From Spirochaetota bacterium (GTDB lineage Bacteria; Spirochaetota; JAHITG01; JAFGFC01), in NCBI GenBank assembly GCA_016931325.1, contig JAFGFC010000001.1, positions 1,419-65,418 on the forward strand: DNA of 64,000 nt, given 5' to 3'. Shown in pieces: positions 60,555-64,000 of this stretch. The notes beneath the pieces are model-generated. The model did no database searches and was not told where the DNA came from. It worked only from the letters and a program-made list of their open reading frames with translations. Each line of letters opens with the position of its first letter. The stretch's first letter is position 1. The position numbers and the translations under genes are program-made.

Positions 60555-61960
60555 GAATAAGCGATGCCCAAAAAAAGATAAAAGGACATATCCCTGACCA
60601 TGTACAGGAACTGGCCGGAAAATTTATTTCGTCTCATTATCAGGTCTATCTTGTCGGTGGTATTTTAAGGGATATTCTGCTTGACCGGGATTTTGACAAG
60701 AAAGAGATAGACCTGGCTACCAACGCTCATCCTGATGACGTTAAAAATATATTCAAGAAAGTAATTCCCACTGGCATCAAACATGGCACGGTCACTGTCC
60801 TCTACAAGACCATTCATTTCGAGGTGACCACTTTCCGGTTGGACGGCCAGTATTCAGATGGCAGACATCCTGACCGGATCAGCTATGCTGACACCATCGA
60901 AGAGGACCTCAAAAGGCGTGATTTTACCATTAACGCCTTTGCTTATGATCTGAAGGATCATACTTTTATTGATCTTTTCAAAGGCCTGGATGATCTGAAA
61001 AAGGGTATTATCCGCACGATCGGCCCGCCGGAGGAACGGTTCAAGGAAGATGGACTTCGTTTAATGAGGGCGATCCGGTTTTCCACCATCCTCGGGTTCA
61101 AGATCGAACCTGTAACTTTCAGGGGAATTGAAAAAAGCATTGATATGTTGCATCATGTGTCTGCCGAGAGGATCAGGGATGAACTTGTAAAGATTTTGCA
61201 GTCAGAAAAACCTTCCATAGGACTGGAACTGGCGCGCGCCAGCGGTATCTTAAGGATCATCCTGCCTGAACTATTGACCGGGTTCGGGATCGATCAGAAC
61301 AAGTTCCATAAATTTGACGTTTATCATCACAACCTCTCCACCTGTGATGCGGCTCCCAAGGGGAATCTGGCTGTCAGGCTGGCTTCACTTTTTCATGACA
61401 TAAGCAAACCGGCCACAAAGCAGACTCCTCAGGATGACAGCAAAGAATCCACTTTTTATAATCATGAAGTGATAGGAGCCATTGTAACCAAAAAGATATT
61501 AAAACGATTAAAATTTTCTAACGAGATCATTGAAAAAGTGATGAAACTTATTCGTCACCATATGTTCTTTTATACAGAAGAATGGACGGACTCGGCCGTA
61601 AGGCGGTTTATTCGCAAGGTGGGTCTGGACCTTTTAAAGGACCTTTTTCTCTTGCGTGAAGCCGACAGGATAGGGGGCGGGATCAAAAAGGGGAATTCCT
61701 ATCATTTAAAAAAGCTGCAGAAACATATTGACCGGATACTGGAAGAAGAAAATGCGTTTTCTCTTAAGGATTTGAAAGTGAATGGTCATGATGTGATGAA
61801 AATAAAAAACATCCCTCCTTCTTCAGAAGTGGGCACGATCCTGAATTATCTTTTAGAACGGGTTCTTGACCATCCTGAAGACAATGAGAAGGAAACCCTG
61901 AAGAGACTGATCAGGGAATATCCTTTGCAGAAACCTTCCCGGAAGAAAAATAATCTTTGA
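60551..61960 (+). CDS. cca: class II CCA tRNA nucleotidyltransferase with HD domain
   Basis: LVGGILRD, EIDLAT, HGTV, EVTTFR, EDLKRRDFTINA, EDGLRLMRAIRF, ERIRDE and FHDISK motifs. Confidence 0.9.
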   Translation: MRISDAQKKIKGHIPDHVQELAGKFISSHYQVYLVGGILRDILLDRDFDKKEIDLATNAHPDDVKNIFKKVIPTGIKHGTVTVLYKTIHFEVTTFRLDGQYSDGRHPDRISYADTIEEDLKRRDFTINAFAYDLKDHTFIDLFKGLDDLKKGIIRTIGPPEERFKEDGLRLMRAIRFSTILGFKIEPVTFRGIEKSIDMLHHVSAERIRDELVKILQSEKPSIGLELARASGILRIILPELLTGFGIDQNKFHKFDVYHHNLSTCDAAPKGNLAVRLASLFHDISKPATKQTPQDDSKESTFYNHEVIGAIVTKKILKRLKFSNEIIEKVMKLIRHHMFFYTEEWTDSAVRRFIRKVGLDLLKDLFLLREADRIGGGIKKGNSYHLKKLQKHIDRILEEENAFSLKDLKVNGHDVMKIKNIPPSSEVGTILNYLLERVLDHPEDNEKETLKRLIREYPLQKPSRKKNNL

Positions 61961-61992
61961 CATAAAGAATTTTCTGTGCTATATTATTTTAT

Positions 61993-63288
61993 ATGAATAT
62001 CATATCCTTTACTGTGCTGACGTTCTACACTTCTCTATTGTTTTTTATCTTTTTTCTTTTTTCTACACTGGTGAATCTTGATAAGGATAAAAAAGGGTTT
62101 TCCTATGCTTTTTTCTTCTTTTCCCTTTCCCTGATCGTCTTTGGGCAGTATAAACTGGAAGCGTTACCAGAGAGCATGGAGATGATAACTTTCTGGGCGA
62201 AAATAAGGGGAGCCGGAGCTATTTCCCTTATCCTTTCCTTTCCTCTGGCCGTGAGGACATTTTTTAATTCCAGGTTTCCGAAAGGGTATTTTTATTTTCT
62301 AATCATCTCGTTTACGGCCTTAATGGGTATTCTTTTCCCCACCGACCTGGTTATATCCGACAAGATTATTAAAATGGGATATTTGCCGACCGGGGGACCG
62401 GGGGATTTGTATATTATATTTCAGAGCCTTTTAGCGGGTGTCATCATTTATGAGATCGTTAATTTAATCAATTTGTACCATAGTATGATCAGAGAAAAAA
62501 AATATATTGGTGCTCTTTTATTTGGTATGATCATAGCAGCCCTAACAGGTTTTTATGATCTGTTCGGGCCGTTCTTCAATTTTTCCCTTCCTACAATTCC
62601 CAGCATGATAACCTATGGTTTATTCGCCTTGATCATGACCATTGGAACAGTCTTTATCTGGAGGTATTTTGATATTCTGTATAATCTCCAGAACAGTGAA
62701 AAACAGATCAGAAAGCTGTTAGAAAAGTCAAGGATGGAGACATTAGAACTGCTGGAGTTGATCACATCCGCTGTTGAAGCCAGAGACAAGTATACAGCGG
62801 GACATTCCCGGCGGGTCATGGAATATGCTCTAAAGATCGCTGATGTTTTAAACCTGCAGGAAGAAGAGAAACGCCTTTTAAAAACAGCCTGCATGCTTCA
62901 TGATATAGGAAAGATCGGTATCCCGGAATCTATACTCAATAAACCGGGAAAGCTGACAACAGAGGAGTACAGTGAGATCAAGAAACACCCTGTCATTGGC
63001 GTTGAGATATTAAGTCATTTTCATTATTTTGTTAAACTGTTGCCCTATATCTATCATCATCACGAAAGAGTTGACGGGATGGGATATCCCAAAGGCATAA
63101 AAAAAGAGCGGATCCCTTTATTATCCAGGATCATTGCTGTGGCTGATACTTTTGATGCTTTAACCTCGGACAGGCCTTACAGAAAAGCCATGCCGGTGAC
63201 GAAAGCCATACAAGTTCTGGAGGATGTCAAGGGAACACAGCTTGATTCCCAGATCGTCAATATTCTTTTAAATATTATCCATCATTAA
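61993..63288 (+). CDS. 7TM-anchored HD-GYP cyclic-di-GMP phosphodiesterase
   Basis: About 7 TM segments at the N-terminus; YTAGHSRRV, LHDIGK, HHERVDGMGYP and ADTFDALTSDRPYR motifs. Confidence 0.9.
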   Translation: MNIISFTVLTFYTSLLFFIFFLFSTLVNLDKDKKGFSYAFFFFSLSLIVFGQYKLEALPESMEMITFWAKIRGAGAISLILSFPLAVRTFFNSRFPKGYFYFLIISFTALMGILFPTDLVISDKIIKMGYLPTGGPGDLYIIFQSLLAGVIIYEIVNLINLYHSMIREKKYIGALLFGMIIAALTGFYDLFGPFFNFSLPTIPSMITYGLFALIMTIGTVFIWRYFDILYNLQNSEKQIRKLLEKSRMETLELLELITSAVEARDKYTAGHSRRVMEYALKIADVLNLQEEEKRLLKTACMLHDIGKIGIPESILNKPGKLTTEEYSEIKKHPVIGVEILSHFHYFVKLLPYIYHHHERVDGMGYPKGIKKERIPLLSRIIAVADTFDALTSDRPYRKAMPVTKAIQVLEDVKGTQLDSQIVNILLNIIHH

Positions 63289-63300
63289 GATCTCCCCTCT

Positions 63301-63381
63301 TTTTTAGTTTTTCGTTCATTGTTCATAGTTCTTAGTTTTTTAAATCATGAACGATGAACCAAGAACCATGAACTAATAAAT
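63301..63381. repeat. inverted pair of heptamer tandem arrays
   Basis: Left arm TTTTTAG TTTTTCG TTCATTG TTCATAG TTCTTAG; right arm ATGAACG ATGAACC AAGAACC ATGAACT AATAAAT. Confidence 0.85.
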
Positions 63382-63438
63382 TACTTGCCAAAGAAATAAA
63401 ATTGTATATAATAGGGTGACATTTATAAGGAAGGTGTC

Positions 63439-63975
63439 ATGAATATAAAAGAATTTGTTCGTCATGAAAAAGTCCTCTTCTTAACTGTGATCGGGGTTAT
63501 TTTATTTGACAAGATCACCAAGATAGCAGTCAAACATTCATTTCTTCTGGGCGAGAGTAAAAAGGTGCTGGGTAATTTTTTCCGGTTGACCTTTATTGAA
63601 AATACCGGTATCGCTTTCGGTCTTTTTTCGCAGTCCAGCCATCCTTTGAAATCGATCGTTCTTTTGATCCTTTCGCTGATTGCCTTATATTTTATTATCT
63701 CAATTTATATCAGGTCTGAAAAAACCTTTCTCTTGCAGATATGCTTTGGATTGATCCTGGGAGGGGCTTTTGGTAATGTTTATGACCGAATCGTATACGG
63801 CAAAGTAGTTGATTTTCTTGATTTTGGCATAGGGACTCACAGATGGCCTTTCTTTAATATAGCTGACTCTTCTATTACGATAGGTGTGATTATGCTTGTT
63901 ATTCTTACAACATTTTTTCAACCCAAACAGAAGGATAAAAAAGCCAGAGTTAAAAAGAAAAAGCGAAAGACCTGA
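63439..63975 (+). CDS. lspA: lipoprotein signal peptidase II
   Basis: DKITK, NTGIAFG, GAFGNVYDR, VVDF and FNIADS motifs. Confidence 0.96.
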   Translation: MNIKEFVRHEKVLFLTVIGVILFDKITKIAVKHSFLLGESKKVLGNFFRLTFIENTGIAFGLFSQSSHPLKSIVLLILSLIALYFIISIYIRSEKTFLLQICFGLILGGAFGNVYDRIVYGKVVDFLDFGIGTHRWPFFNIADSSITIGVIMLVILTTFFQPKQKDKKARVKKKKRKT

Positions 63976-63992
63976 ATAAAAGGAGACATGTT

Positions 63993-64000
63993 ATGAGACC
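63993..64000 (+). CDS. start of next gene, truncated by the window end (M-R-P...)
   Basis: AGGAGA SD followed by ATG AGA CC. Only three codons are visible, so the product cannot be established. Confidence 0.35.

Overview
This 64 kb window is gene-dense, AT-rich bacterial chromosome with mostly housekeeping content. It probably comes from a diderm anaerobe (TolC/RND, LolCD, MlaEFD, RnfG, PPi-type PFK). The protein architectures resemble those of Spirochaetota-like lineages, but that is inference only. Contents in order: proA-nadD-LCP-rsfS with a GAF/PAS kinase and NtrC-type regulator; a membrane-anchored clan GH-A glycoside hydrolase; a TetR-TolC-MFP-RND efflux operon with a tandem operator; a PEP/pyruvate-binding-domain protein; a PilZ-TM-TPR protein; an MrfB/MrfA-like exonuclease-helicase pair; tRNA-Val(TAC); orphan rnfG with a ParB-like gene; aspS-phoH-pgpH-ybeY-recO; alr; lolC/D; a Memo-AMMECR1 fusion coupled to queH; malic enzyme; an M23 peptidase; gyrB; mlaEFD; an S55 peptidase; glyA; an arginine-phosphatase-like gene; cysE-cysS; glgP with a maltosyltransferase-like GH13; a TM-TPR-Mrr protein; PPi-PFK; cca; an HD-GYP protein; lspA. 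I saw no CRISPR array, integrase, transposase or prophage. The observations most worth checking are: (1) dispersed and inverted heptamer-repeat arrays, one absorbed into a coding tail; (2) a signal-peptide-bearing Memo-AMMECR1 fusion translationally coupled to queH; (3) a 58-aa Hc1-like ORF missing from the ORF track; (4) a recurring leaderless-promoter architecture; (5) a membrane-anchored TPR-Mrr protein. All family assignments come from motif recognition by eye; no database searches were run.
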